Positions 32,027-42,435 of a DNA stretch of 64,000 nucleotides are shown here, in pieces. This DNA comes from an uncultured Acidobacteriota bacterium (lineage in GTDB: Bacteria; Acidobacteriota; UBA6911). Each line of letters starts with the position of its first letter. Within the stretch, counting starts at the first letter, position 1. The DNA lies in NCBI GenBank assembly GCA_963809485.1, contig CAWEJX010000020.1:192001-256000 (forward strand). Reading direction: 5' to 3'. Below the pieces are notes generated by a model. That model did no database searches, was not told the DNA's origin, and saw only the letters and a program-made list of their open reading frames with translations. The translations under genes were made by a program, and so were the position numbers.

Positions 32027-32584
32027 ATGCGAACTTTCGTTGCAATTCCCCTGTCTGAAGAGTGCCGGACAATGCTGGAGCAGGTGCAGCAGAGACTGCG
32101 CGCCTTTCATGCGGATGTCCGCTGGGTCGCGATCCCATCCATTCATCTCACATTGAAATTTTTGGGGGAAGCGGATCCGGCCATCCTTCCGGCACTGGCG
32201 GCATCTCTGGCTGTGGCAACCCAAGCCGGGCATGCTTTCACACTCCGCCTCCGCGGACTGGGATGTTTTCCAAACCCCAAAAATCCCAAGGTGATCTGGT
32301 GCGGGATCGACGGAGAAACCGGCAGTCTGGCGGAGCTTCAAATGGCGGTAGAGTCCGTCTGTGCGGCCTATGAATTCGCACCCGAGGCGCGTGCCTTTCA
32401 TCCCCACCTGACGCTGGGCCGAGTCAACGGCAAAAGAAATTTACAGCCCCTTTTGGACTGTATTAAGATGGGCTCCGACCTGGAGTGCAGCTTCATAGCA
32501 GATGCCTATAACATTTATAAGAGCACTCTAAAACCGCAAGGCGCCATATATGACGTGCTTAAAACTATCGCGCTTAACACCTGA
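32027..32584 (+). CDS. thpR: RNA 2',3'-cyclic phosphodiesterase (2H family)
   Basis: MRTFVAI start and two HxT motifs (HLTLKFLG, PHLTLGR). Confidence 0.93.
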   Translation: MRTFVAIPLSEECRTMLEQVQQRLRAFHADVRWVAIPSIHLTLKFLGEADPAILPALAASLAVATQAGHAFTLRLRGLGCFPNPKNPKVIWCGIDGETGSLAELQMAVESVCAAYEFAPEARAFHPHLTLGRVNGKRNLQPLLDCIKMGSDLECSFIADAYNIYKSTLKPQGAIYDVLKTIALNT

Positions 32585-32656
32585 GCGGTCGGACGGCTGG
32601 ACGTTTGACGGTGTGCGGCCGAAAAGCCGCACAGTCTCCAGGCAAGAGGCCCGGTC

Positions 32657-33253
32657 ATGAGATTCGAATTTCTGATTCCGGTGGTGGCGTATCTGCTCGG
32701 TTCGATCCCTTTCGGTTATATACTGGTAAAATTCACCGAGGGAAAAGACATTCGATCCCTTGGAAGCGGCAACATCGGCGCCACCAATGTCTTCCGCCGA
32801 AGCCGCTGGGCCGGGTTGCTGACGTTCCTGCTGGATGCAGGCAAGGGATACCTGGCGGTACTGGTAGCCGCATGGATGGGCGGGGGACCTCACTGGCAGG
32901 CAATCGCCGCGGTAGCGGCCATTGTCGGCCATATTTTCACGGTCTGGCTGCGGTTCAGGGGAGGCAAGGGAGTAGCCGCGGGATTTGGAGCATTTCTCGC
33001 ACTCTCCCCCCAAGCGGTACTGACAACCCTGATTTTCTTCGTCCTGATCCTGATCGCAACCCGTTACGTGTCCCTGGCCTCGATTGGCGCCACGGCGCTT
33101 TTCCCGTTCTGGGCTTATGTTTTCGGTGAGCCCTTGCCGGTATTGGCCTGGGGCTCCTTCGGAGCGCTGCTGATCATAGGGAAGCATTATCAGAATATCC
33201 AGCGGCTTATCTCCGGGACCGAGAGTAAGATGAAATTTGGGACACGATCGTGA
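32657..33253 (+). CDS. plsY: Glycerol-3-phosphate acyltransferase PlsY
   Basis: YLLGSIP, GSGNIGATN, DAGKG, GGKGVA and HYQNIQRL motifs. Confidence 0.95.
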   Translation: MRFEFLIPVVAYLLGSIPFGYILVKFTEGKDIRSLGSGNIGATNVFRRSRWAGLLTFLLDAGKGYLAVLVAAWMGGGPHWQAIAAVAAIVGHIFTVWLRFRGGKGVAAGFGAFLALSPQAVLTTLIFFVLILIATRYVSLASIGATALFPFWAYVFGEPLPVLAWGSFGALLIIGKHYQNIQRLISGTESKMKFGTRS

Positions 33254-33275
33254 CAAACCTGCCTGGGAGGTATTG

Positions 33276-33449
33276 ATGGCCATAAGCAAAGAGCTGCTGG
33301 AAATTCTCGCCTGTCCCTTATGCAAAGAAGAGGTTCGCCTCACGCCGGATGGCGACGGGCTGAAATGCATAAAGTGTCATCGTGTCTATCCCATCCGCGA
33401 CGACATCCCCGTAATGCTGATCGACGAGGCCAAGATTGAGGAAGCCTAA
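33276..33449 (+). CDS. Trm112/YcaR family protein
   Basis: LLEILACPLCK...YPIRDDIPVML; GGAGG RBS. Confidence 0.92.
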   Translation: MAISKELLEILACPLCKEEVRLTPDGDGLKCIKCHRVYPIRDDIPVMLIDEAKIEEA

Positions 33450-33540
33450 GCCCGGGGAATTGGGATCCGCCTCCGGCCCAAAGGGCCTGCAAAGGACTGG
33501 TCCAGGAGCGCGAAACGGCACTGCAGCAGACTCTCTCCAA

Positions 33541-34656
33541 ATGGATCTTTCGCAGATTCAACCCGCCCGCCGGGAATTGCAGCGGATATCGCACATCCTG
33601 CTGATACGCCTGCGCTCGCTGGGGGATGCCATATTGACCCTGCCGCTTGTTGAGGCGCTTCATGCATGGCGTCCGGAACTTCAACTGGATATCCTGGTCG
33701 AGGCGCCCTTTGCACCCGTGTTCAGTAACCATCCCGCCGTTCACGAGGTTTTGGCGGTGAGGCGCCGCGACGGGCTCGAAACACCCGGCTGGCCGCGATA
33801 CCGTGCGGCCATCGAGGTCTGGAAACGGCGCTATCCGGCCGTATTAAATCTCCACGGCGGAACCACGTCCATGCTGTTCACCTGCGCGGCCGGGGCAAAA
33901 TTGAGGATCGGTCAGGAAAGCCACCGCGGATCCCGGCTCTACAATGCGCGGATCCCGCCTTCAACGACTCTATGGCGGCGTTCGTCGATTCATACGGCGG
34001 AGCATCAGCTCAGCCTTATGCGCTGGCTTGAAATTCCAATGCCCGAAAAAATCACGGGGACGATCCACGCGGATAAATCCTCAGTTAGCCGGATCCGGGA
34101 CCGGCTCGTGGGCGCGGGAATTGGAAATTACATTGTCATCCAGCCGACGGCAACACTGGCGACAAAACAGTGGAGCGCAGCAAAGTTTGCGGAACTTGGA
34201 GACCGTCTGTTCCGGCAGCATCACGTCCCGGTTCTATATACAGCCGGATTTCAGGAAGCCGAAGTCCTTCGGGAGGTGCAGCGAAATGCCCAGGAACGCC
34301 ACCTCTACTGGTCGGATCTTCCGTTGGCTGAACTCTTCGCTCTGATCAGGGGATGCCTCTTTTTCATCGGCAACGACAGCGGCCCGACCCACGCTGCCGC
34401 CGCAATGGGAAAGCCTATCCTGGTGATCTGGGGATCCTCCAATTTCGATGCCTGGCATCCATGGGGCACCGACTATGAAGCAGTCCGATCCGAGTTCTCA
34501 TGCATGCCCTGTCCCGGGTACCGATGCGGGGCCTTCGACCAACCCAGATGTATTCTGGACATTACGGTGCAGCAGGTGTTCGAGGCGAGCGGGCGCCTCA
34601 TGGCGCGGCATCCCGCAGTATTTTCTCAGGATGGCTCCCTACAGCCGGCTGATTGA
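33541..34656 (+). CDS. Glycosyltransferase family 9 (LPS heptosyltransferase-like)
   Basis: IRLRSLGDAIL and GNDSGPTHAAAA motifs; start uncertain. Confidence 0.9.
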   Translation: MDLSQIQPARRELQRISHILLIRLRSLGDAILTLPLVEALHAWRPELQLDILVEAPFAPVFSNHPAVHEVLAVRRRDGLETPGWPRYRAAIEVWKRRYPAVLNLHGGTTSMLFTCAAGAKLRIGQESHRGSRLYNARIPPSTTLWRRSSIHTAEHQLSLMRWLEIPMPEKITGTIHADKSSVSRIRDRLVGAGIGNYIVIQPTATLATKQWSAAKFAELGDRLFRQHHVPVLYTAGFQEAEVLREVQRNAQERHLYWSDLPLAELFALIRGCLFFIGNDSGPTHAAAAMGKPILVIWGSSNFDAWHPWGTDYEAVRSEFSCMPCPGYRCGAFDQPRCILDITVQQVFEASGRLMARHPAVFSQDGSLQPAD

Positions 34657-34709
34657 TGCTTGAACAGACATCGAACGGCTCTAAAAACCCCTCGCACAAA
34701 GAGAAGCAG

Positions 34710-35711
34710 CTACATGCTGCGGATGGCTGCGATGAGCTCGTCAGGGGTGGCAGAGGCTGTTCCCAGCTTGCCGACCACGATGCCTGCCGCAATGTTCGAG
34801 AGTACAGCCGACTGCAGAATGGTAAGCCCGGCAACCAGGCTCAAGGCCAGGGTGGAAATGACGGTGTCCCCTGCCCCGGTGACGTCGAACACCTCCTGGG
34901 CGACCGTCGGAATGCAGGTCACGCCGGAGCCGCGTTCGAATAGGGTCATCCCCTCCTCTCCGCGGGTAACAAGCAAGTGTTCGATGCCGGATTCACGGAG
35001 GATTTTTTTGCCCGCGCGAATGAGATCGGCGGTATTGGAAACGGCGATGCCCGAGGCCCGTTCTGCTTCCAGCGTGTTGGGCGTAATAACGGTTGCAGGT
35101 TTGTAAACAGCGAAGTCCGTAATTTTGGGATCCACGCAAACAACCTTCCGGGCCGACTTGGCCAGGGGCAGGGTACGCTTGAGCAGTGGAGGAGAGATCA
35201 ATCCCTTCGCATAGTCGGAAACAATCACGGCATCGGAGGAGGAAAGCGCAGCCCTGAATTTTGCCGCTACTCGCGCCTGCAGGGCTGCCGGAATTGCAGA
35301 CCGGTCTTCGCGATCCGTGCGGCATACCTGCTGGTGATGCGCAATAATGCGTGTTTTGATGCTGGTCGGCCGGTTTTTATCCACTACCAGCCCGCCGATC
35401 GGGGATCCGATGGCTTTGAATTCTTCCCGCAGGCGTTTTCCTTCAAAATCGTCGCCCAAAACACCCAACGGCACCGGCATTCCCCCGAGGCTCCGTATGT
35501 TGCTGGCCACATTGGCGGCGCCGCCCAGACAGGTGCTCTCCTTCCGGATCTCCACCACCGGGACTGGAGCTTCCGGGCTGATGCGGGAAACAGATCCCCA
35601 GATGAAGCGGTCCAGCATGAGGTCTCCCAGAACAATGATGCGCTTGTTCCGGAAATTGCGCACCGCCCGGATCAGAATCTCCGGATCGCATTTATACTGG
35701 TTGAGCATCAT
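34710..35711 (-). CDS. rfaE1: D-glycero-beta-D-manno-heptose-7-phosphate kinase (RfaE domain I / HldA)
   Basis: GDLMLD, RISPEAPVPV, GGAANVA, SDYAKG and DVTGAGDT motifs. Confidence 0.94.
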   Translation of the reverse strand: MMLNQYKCDPEILIRAVRNFRNKRIIVLGDLMLDRFIWGSVSRISPEAPVPVVEIRKESTCLGGAANVASNIRSLGGMPVPLGVLGDDFEGKRLREEFKAIGSPIGGLVVDKNRPTSIKTRIIAHHQQVCRTDREDRSAIPAALQARVAAKFRAALSSSDAVIVSDYAKGLISPPLLKRTLPLAKSARKVVCVDPKITDFAVYKPATVITPNTLEAERASGIAVSNTADLIRAGKKILRESGIEHLLVTRGEEGMTLFERGSGVTCIPTVAQEVFDVTGAGDTVISTLALSLVAGLTILQSAVLSNIAAGIVVGKLGTASATPDELIAAIRSM

Positions 35712-35719
35712 AGATCCCT

Positions 35720-36364
35720 TCACGCCAAGATGAGTGAACTGAGTTTCTCTTCCCTCGGAATCACCCGGGCCAGGAAGTCGATATACCCTGTGCCGGGACG
35801 CCTGCCCCCCGCATAGGCGGAAACCATGGACTGAAGGAATTCCAGACATTCGATAGCCGCGCCCAGCTGCAAGCGGGTGCTACTGGGATCTACGATCCCT
35901 GTTCTTTGTTCCGCTTTCGGATTCCTGAAAGACTCGACAACTTTGCGCAGCTCCCGCCGCAACGCTTCAACCCGGAGATCGTCGGACGTTTTCTCGTAAA
36001 GAACACCCTTATTTTCCGTTTGGTAGGTCTCGAGCAGAACACGGACGGCTTCTGCAACATCCCTGTCCGTCAGGTCGCGGGATGAGAGCCGTTCGCGTGC
36101 AATGGCAAATTCGAGACGCGCCACCACGTCCTTGTGGCTCCGCAGGACCCTCTGGGTTGTCTCCAGGGAGGCCGTGTCAAGGCTGCGAAGCTTCCTGGCA
36201 TAATCCTCCGAGTCCCGCTCGCGACCGGATTTCAGGTATCCGCAGCTTTCGGGGCAATCGATTTCCAGAACCCGCTTATCCCCGCAGCACGGGGCGCATA
36301 TCGACGCGTTTTTTGCGGGGCAAAATCTCTTCGCCTTTTTCAGGTCACACAAAACACATTTCAT
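35720..36364 (-). CDS. Hypothetical protein with Cys-rich (putative Zn-binding) N-terminus
   Basis: MKCVLC...CP...CAPCC...CPESC; tightly packed in an operon with rfaE1. Confidence 0.75.
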   Translation of the reverse strand: MKCVLCDLKKAKRFCPAKNASICAPCCGDKRVLEIDCPESCGYLKSGRERDSEDYARKLRSLDTASLETTQRVLRSHKDVVARLEFAIARERLSSRDLTDRDVAEAVRVLLETYQTENKGVLYEKTSDDLRVEALRRELRKVVESFRNPKAEQRTGIVDPSSTRLQLGAAIECLEFLQSMVSAYAGGRRPGTGYIDFLARVIPREEKLSSLILA

Positions 36365-36393
36365 ACATCGCCAACTTTCATGCAAAACCGGTT

Positions 36394-37134
36394 TTATACC
36401 ATATTTTCAGCCGGCCTCCGACAGAACCCTCGGAGAAACTTTTTGGCCTTCGCATAATCCGGATAGGCCCGCTCCGCGTGGCGAAATTCGGGTGGGTGCG
36501 GCTTTCCGCTTCGGCCGGAAGATGAGCGTTCAAACACGGTGTGGAGCATTTCGTGAAAAACAATGTATTCCAGAACAAACCTCGGGACTCCCGGCGAATC
36601 CAGCGCAGGACTCAGCGAGATCGTATGATGCACCGGATCGTAGTGCCCCAGACGCCTCCGGCTGGCACGCAATCCCCAGCCGATTTTGCGAATTTCAATC
36701 TGGTCGTGGAAATACCGGGCATTGATTTGACGATAAATTTCACCCGGGGAATAATGTCTGCCCGCCCCTGTATTGATATGTTTCCGCCCTCTCAAAAAGC
36801 GCCGCTCCCGCACAACTTCGGCAACGCCGGGATTTTTGCGATAACTTTCGTAGGTCCGCAATATTCCGGGGTTGGGCCTCGTGTGCGTAACCTTGCAGGC
36901 GAGAATGATTACCAGGGCTTCGAGCACTATTTCAGGGGCATTCCGGCAATGATCGCTTATGCGGATAATCCAACCGGATTTTTTGCGCCGGATTGTGTGC
37001 GTCAACCCTATGTACGGGTAGAAGGAAGCTTCAATTTGGGTGCCGCGAAATAGCGGGAATGAGGCCGGCAACACGGATTGGCAGATCCGCTGCAGTTTCG
37101 AAGTGTCTGTCGTGGCAAGAGAGCGCTGATGCAT
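36394..37134 (-). CDS. SprT/YgjP-like zinc metallopeptidase
   Basis: RLGHY, YIVFHEMLH, downstream H...F; start uncertain. Confidence 0.8.
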   Translation of the reverse strand: MHQRSLATTDTSKLQRICQSVLPASFPLFRGTQIEASFYPYIGLTHTIRRKKSGWIIRISDHCRNAPEIVLEALVIILACKVTHTRPNPGILRTYESYRKNPGVAEVVRERRFLRGRKHINTGAGRHYSPGEIYRQINARYFHDQIEIRKIGWGLRASRRRLGHYDPVHHTISLSPALDSPGVPRFVLEYIVFHEMLHTVFERSSSGRSGKPHPPEFRHAERAYPDYAKAKKFLRGFCRRPAENMV

Positions 37135-37232
37135 GGAGTCCTTGAAAAACCGGCCGCGAACCTCACCAACCCGTTCAATATCCACTTGATTCCGCGGGCG
37201 TCCCCTGGACGGCCGGGAGATGAGGCGGACGG

Positions 37233-38291
37233 TCAGTTTTCCGCTTTATCGGAATCACGAAGCGCTTTCCGCAGAGCGGCAACTTCCGATTTCAGCCGAT
37301 CCAGATCCGCCTTCATTTCCGGAAGTTTCCCGAAGAGAGCGTTGAGCCGCTTATATTCCCGGAGCGGACGCACAGGCACTCCCCAGTAGACATCCCCGCT
37401 GCGCACGATCTTTCCGGGCAGGATACCGGCTTTGGACCCGATAACGGCGCCCTGTTGCACTCTCGTGTGGTCGCCGAAGCCGACCTGGCCCCCGATAACC
37501 ACATTGTCCTCGATGACGGTGCTCCCTGATATTCCCGTCTGGGCGGCGATTACGACGTTCTTGCCAATTTCCACGTTATGGGCAATCTGGACCAGGTTGT
37601 CGATTTTGGCACCCGCGCCGATGCGCGTCGTGCCCAGGGATCCCCGGTCGACGGTGGAGTTGGCGCCGATTTCAACATCATCTTCAATGACAACCGCCCC
37701 CACCTGAGGGAACTTCCATTGGCGCCGGCCATCGAAGACATACCCGAAACCATCGCTGCCGACGACAACTCCCGCATGCAGCACGACGCGGTCTCCGACC
37801 TGTACGCCTGGGTAGAGAACAACTCCGGGATATAAAATACACTCCCGGCCTACGCGGCACCCCTCGCCGACGGCCACGCGCGCCCGCAGGACGGTTCCCC
37901 TCCCGATCCTGGCGTCGGCTTCCACACTGACACACGGGCCCAACTCCACGCCCTCGTCAATTTGAGCCCCCGGCGCAATGCAGGCGGTGGAATGCCGCGT
38001 GCCGCGGCTCGCCGGACGCGGGTGCAGATACACCGCCGCCCTTGAGAAGTCGACTTTGGGGTTTTCGGAAAATATCGCATGAATATCCGAGGGCGCCGCC
38101 TGCCTGGGAAGGACAATGCACCCGGCTTGAGTCGCTTCGAGGCTAAGCGTCTCGCGCCCGGCTGCCTCCAGAAAAGCCAGGGATTCCCGGTCGGCTGCTG
38201 TCAATTTGGAAACCTTAGTCAGGATGCGGTCGCCATCCCCCTGATATTCGAGGCCCAGTAATGAAGCTATTTGTCGAATTGTGTAGCTCAT
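37233..38291 (-). CDS. lpxD: UDP-3-O-acylglucosamine N-acyltransferase
   Basis: Hexapeptide repeats, [30 protein letters not shown]. Confidence 0.96.
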   Translation of the reverse strand: MSYTIRQIASLLGLEYQGDGDRILTKVSKLTAADRESLAFLEAAGRETLSLEATQAGCIVLPRQAAPSDIHAIFSENPKVDFSRAAVYLHPRPASRGTRHSTACIAPGAQIDEGVELGPCVSVEADARIGRGTVLRARVAVGEGCRVGRECILYPGVVLYPGVQVGDRVVLHAGVVVGSDGFGYVFDGRRQWKFPQVGAVVIEDDVEIGANSTVDRGSLGTTRIGAGAKIDNLVQIAHNVEIGKNVVIAAQTGISGSTVIEDNVVIGGQVGFGDHTRVQQGAVIGSKAGILPGKIVRSGDVYWGVPVRPLREYKRLNALFGKLPEMKADLDRLKSEVAALRKALRDSDKAEN

Positions 38292-38336
38292 AAGGCGCTG
38301 AATCCGGGCCGCCACGACTGCCGTAAAGGAATAGCC

Positions 38337-40238
38337 CTAGGCTTTGGTTGTTGCCAAAGCGTCTTCGTCCTGGCGCGAACCGGCGTGACGGTCGGCATTC
38401 CCGCTATCGGTCGCCGCTGGGATGTAGAGATCGTGCTTCGTGGTTGGAAGCTCGACCACTCGTCCTTTTGTATAAATTTCGTGCTTTCCCCTGGTCTTGT
38501 GCCACTCGGCGAGGCTTGCAGTCCGGTGCATATTTTCAACGATCTGGCGCCATCCCAGACCCGTGTTGTAGGCGCAAAAGGAAATTTCGCCTTCATGCGT
38601 GCCATAAGGGATCACGCACATTTCGGTGCGGCGGAAATCGTATGTCCACAGGTCCTGGAACCACATGCCTTCCACGCACAGGACGCGCCATTCATCGTTG
38701 CCGGAGCGCGTTTTAATCCGGTCATTCCGGTCGCTGTCGGATTTCTCCGAGGTGGGGCGGAAGAGACTGAAAACCTGCGAGAGGGGAAAACCCTTGGGTG
38801 CCTGTTCGGCACGGTAGTTGCGCAGAATAGCCATGGCGAGCTGGGCTTCGGTCAGGGTTTTTCCGCGCGCCGTATCGGTAATAACAGCTACATCCCGAAT
38901 GAACCGTTCGTAATCGAACAGTTTGAACAAGGGAATCCATTCATGCGTGCGGCGGTTGACGACCAGAAGGCTAAACACTCCGCAGTCCGGATGGCAGTTG
39001 CAGGAACTCCATCCCCAGGAAGCTTCGGGACCCTGCAGGATATCCATGATGGTCGTGAAAGCGCTGTAGGTGGACAGGGGAAACCAGTCGCGCATAGGTT
39101 CCAGGTCTTTGTGCAGCTGCGACTTGAGGTCTTCCACCAGCTGGGAAAGAGTGTATCTGCGGGCAGCCCGGGATTCGTCATCGATTCCTTCGTCGCGCCC
39201 GGTAAACGAGACCGGCTGAAAGACGACCGTTTGAACCTTATCCACATTACGGACGGCAAAATCCACGATCGGGCCGACCGCATCCCTGTTGATGGTATTG
39301 ACAACGGTGGTAACCAGGGTCGTTTTCATCCCGCACCGGGCCATGTTTTCGATAGCCTGCGCTTTGACGTCGAAAAGGTTCGGCACGCCGCGATGCTGGT
39401 TTTGATCGTTGGTTATGCCGTCGAACTGAAGATAGGTTCCGTACAAACCCGCCTCGCGCGCCCGACGCGTGAATTCCTCGCTTTGGGCGAACCTTATGCC
39501 ATTGGTGGCCGCCAGGATTCTGTAAAATCCTATCTTTTGGGCATAGGCAACCGCCTCCAGGAAATGCGGGGAAAGGGTTGGCTCTCCACCGGAAAAAAGG
39601 ATGATGATCTGCCGGCGGGGTTTGAAGGAAACCGCCCGATCCAATATCCCCTTAATCTCTGCGAGCGTTGGTTCACAGACATATCCGACCTGGTTGGCAT
39701 CGGTGAAACAAGGCGTACACATCATATTGCAGCGATTGGTCAGATCGACGGTCAAAACGGTGCCGCGCCCATATTTAATTGCCGATGTGCCGTGCCGGTG
39801 AAGGCTCTCGTCCTGAATGGTCTGAAAATCGCGTCCGAAAAACAGATCCTCAATGCGGCGCGCGAACGCAGGGTTGGTCGAGAGCACATCCTCGAACGCG
39901 CCGTGCTTTTCGCAGACCTTGCGCATCAGGATCCTTCCATTTTCCTCGACAATTTCCGCCTTGATTTCGCCCGGGCCGCCTTGGAGCAGTGCCTTGATGT
40001 CGGACTCGCCCTGAACGATGCGAGCCCGTATTTCCGGCACGCAGCGGGGACAGAGGGAATCGGTGACTCTCGGGAATCCGAGAGGGGGCGCGGATCGTTC
40101 TCTGCTCTTGGAAATTTTGCCGGGCGCCCAGCCGGGATGCGGCAGCTCACCTTCGGCCATCCTGGTGTTGACCGCCTGGAATGCTTTCCAGGCAAGGTCC
40201 GCAACACCCGTAACCAGAGAAGCCTTTACGCGGTTCAT
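38337..40238 (-). CDS. tes: Radical SAM protein, tetraether synthase (Tes / GDGT-MAS)-like
   Basis: N-terminal TDSLCPRC...KVCEKHG metal site, LTNRCNMMCTPCF, SGGEPT, ATNG, YLQFDG, FQPVSFTGR, CHPDC, MWFQD...CVIPY...SFCAYN. Confidence 0.8.
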   Translation of the reverse strand: MNRVKASLVTGVADLAWKAFQAVNTRMAEGELPHPGWAPGKISKSRERSAPPLGFPRVTDSLCPRCVPEIRARIVQGESDIKALLQGGPGEIKAEIVEENGRILMRKVCEKHGAFEDVLSTNPAFARRIEDLFFGRDFQTIQDESLHRHGTSAIKYGRGTVLTVDLTNRCNMMCTPCFTDANQVGYVCEPTLAEIKGILDRAVSFKPRRQIIILFSGGEPTLSPHFLEAVAYAQKIGFYRILAATNGIRFAQSEEFTRRAREAGLYGTYLQFDGITNDQNQHRGVPNLFDVKAQAIENMARCGMKTTLVTTVVNTINRDAVGPIVDFAVRNVDKVQTVVFQPVSFTGRDEGIDDESRAARRYTLSQLVEDLKSQLHKDLEPMRDWFPLSTYSAFTTIMDILQGPEASWGWSSCNCHPDCGVFSLLVVNRRTHEWIPLFKLFDYERFIRDVAVITDTARGKTLTEAQLAMAILRNYRAEQAPKGFPLSQVFSLFRPTSEKSDSDRNDRIKTRSGNDEWRVLCVEGMWFQDLWTYDFRRTEMCVIPYGTHEGEISFCAYNTGLGWRQIVENMHRTASLAEWHKTRGKHEIYTKGRVVELPTTKHDLYIPAATDSGNADRHAGSRQDEDALATTKA

Positions 40239-40580
40239 AAAGGATCCGCTCCGGCTGTTCTGTCCGGATATGACTCCGCCGTACATCTTCCGCTCCCGTA
40301 TTTGCGCCCGCGCCGTTCGTCTATATAAACCTAGAATATATCTATAAATACAGGGATAAAATTATCAGTATTTGGCACCTCCGTCCATTCATTTCTGGCG
40401 ACCGGATCCGGCAGGAGCAGCCCAATCATGGCATCCCGGGCAAAGGAAAGGTGCGGGCCTTCAGGTAAGGAGTCATGGTCTCCGGCAAAACAGGATTACG
40501 CTTGGCCTTCAAATAGAAGCTGTCCTCAAACTGCCGGGATGATGTAAACTTTCCATCTCAGTGCGAGGAGAGGAGGGCTT

Positions 40581-41438
40581 ATGCGTTGGACACCCGGTGG
40601 ACGAAGCAAGGATCTCGAGGACGATCGCAACCAGGGCGGATCCGTGGGCGGCTTTCGGCGGGCAGGAATAAAGGTCGGGCTCGGAGGCATCGTTGTCCTG
40701 CTGCTTCTGAGCGTGATTTTCAAACGAGATTTCCTGTCGCTGATGGACACCGGAACCGGAACCAGCTATAGCACCGGAGAAACCCAATCGGATCCCGAAC
40801 GCGATGCCCGCGAAGAACCGATGGTGCAATTTGTCTCTTTTGTTTTAGATGACACCCAGAATACCTGGAGCCAGATATTCCCCGCCATGGGGGCCCAGTA
40901 CCGGAACGCCAAACTCGTGCTTTTCAGGGATTACGTTGAATCCGCCTGCGGCATGGCGGAATCGGCTACCGGTCCGTTTTACTGCCCCGAGGACGAAAAA
41001 GTCTACATCGACCTCGGATTCTTCGATGAGCTTCACCAGCGCTTCGGTGCGCCGGGCGAATTCGCACAGGCCTATGTGCTGGCCCATGAAATCGGGCACC
41101 ACATACAGAAGATTCTGGGCATCGAGACAAGAGTGCGCCAGCTGCAGAGGGCCCATCCCGAGCAGGCCAAAGCCCTGTCGATCCGCATGGAGCTGCAGGC
41201 AGATTGCCTTGCGGGAGTCTGGGGCCACTCCACGGCACAGCGCAACATCCTGGAAAACGGGGACGTGGAATCAGGTTTGGGGGCAGCGGCAGCCGTCGGC
41301 GACGATCGTATTCAGCGCATGTCCACCGGTCGAGTCAGCCCTGAATCTTTCACTCACGGGAGTTCGGCTCAAAGGGTGGAATGGTTCAGACGAGGTCTGA
41401 CACAGGGGAACGCTGAAGCCTGCAATACTTTTCAATAG
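40581..41438 (+). CDS. Neutral zinc metallopeptidase (YpfJ-like)
   Basis: GPFYCP, YVLAHEIGHHIQ, ELQADCLAG, VGDD and THGSSAQR motifs. Confidence 0.93.
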   Translation: MRWTPGGRSKDLEDDRNQGGSVGGFRRAGIKVGLGGIVVLLLLSVIFKRDFLSLMDTGTGTSYSTGETQSDPERDAREEPMVQFVSFVLDDTQNTWSQIFPAMGAQYRNAKLVLFRDYVESACGMAESATGPFYCPEDEKVYIDLGFFDELHQRFGAPGEFAQAYVLAHEIGHHIQKILGIETRVRQLQRAHPEQAKALSIRMELQADCLAGVWGHSTAQRNILENGDVESGLGAAAAVGDDRIQRMSTGRVSPESFTHGSSAQRVEWFRRGLTQGNAEACNTFQ

Positions 41439-41500
41439 CTGCGTCCGTTGACAAGTGAGGGCTGAATTCCGGAACGGCCAGGCGGCGGCCATATGCTTTT

Positions 41501-41653
41501 TCGAAGGTGCCTCATCGGCTTTTGCTCGCCGACCCTCGCCGAACAAATCGGCGTTTGTCAGCGCTTTTATCAGCGTATCTCAGCGTTTCAAAATACGGAG
41601 CTGTCAAACTCTTTGAGTCCCCCGGCAGAGCCGGGGATTTACCAAGGTAATTA
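41501..41653 (-). mobile_element. Truncated family-A mini-element (left-end half)
   Basis: Near-identical to 5931-6084. Confidence 0.85.
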
Positions 41654-41694
41654 TGGCGTTTTGCATAATCCCGATGAGCGGGCAGGTGATGTCT

Positions 41695-42276
41695 ATGGCG
41701 AAAAATGCAGCTGCGCCGCATTTCATGCGGTTCTGCCTGGTCTTTGTGGGGGCAATCAGTTTGGCCACTGGTCCGTTGAACGCAACCGCTGATAGGAAAT
41801 TGCCGCCGCTCGAGACTGTTTCCCATGTCGACCTCGACCGCTATATGGGGAAATGGTACGAAATCGCCAGCTTCCCGCAATGGTTTCAGAAAGGATGCGT
41901 CGCCACCAGCGCCACATATGCTTTTCGAAAGGACGGGGCCGTCGACGTGCTGAATCAATGCAGAAAAGAGGCTCTGGATGGGAAGCCCAAAGATGCCAAA
42001 GGGAAGGCTTGGGTGGTGGATCCGAAGACCAACGCCAAACTGAAAGTCCGCTTTTTCTGGCCGTTTTCGGGCGATTACTGGATTATCGATCTCGGCGAAA
42101 ATTACGAATATGCGGTTGTTGGCCATCCTAAACGCACGTACCTCTGGATTTTGAGCCGCACTCCTCAAATGGATCCGGCTGTGTACGACGGCATACTGGA
42201 GCGCCTGAAAAGGCAGCACTACGACCTGACGCGGCTGAGCAGAACTTTGCAGGCGGCCGTGGAATCCACACAGTAA
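41695..42276 (+). CDS. blc: Bacterial lipocalin (Blc-like)
   Basis: VDLDRYMGKWYEIA, YWII and YLWILSRTP motifs; start uncertain (41653-41725). Confidence 0.92.
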   Translation: MAKNAAAPHFMRFCLVFVGAISLATGPLNATADRKLPPLETVSHVDLDRYMGKWYEIASFPQWFQKGCVATSATYAFRKDGAVDVLNQCRKEALDGKPKDAKGKAWVVDPKTNAKLKVRFFWPFSGDYWIIDLGENYEYAVVGHPKRTYLWILSRTPQMDPAVYDGILERLKRQHYDLTRLSRTLQAAVESTQ

Positions 42277-42435
42277 ATCCTGATTCCTGTCTTCGGGCCC
42301 GCGCAAGAATCGCTTCGCATTTTGGCGCCGCCTTTCGGGTTTGATATCCCGTAAGCAGCCGGTCGTGAACAGCCGGCATGGAAAATTGCAGTTCTGAGAG
42401 CCGGCACTCCGGTTGCCGCTGCACCCAACAGGTGC

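Noticed and set aside
30737-32407. 556-aa minus-strand ORF (likewise 18812-20041, 19863-21326, 13664-14998, 59760-60887)
   Set aside because: Antisense to well-supported genes (cinA/thpR, ruvB, moxR, purF, pilT); no protein-like motifs
38271-40328. 685-aa plus-strand ORF
   Set aside because: Antisense shadow of the Tes-like gene with no motifs; long shadow ORFs are expected at this GC content
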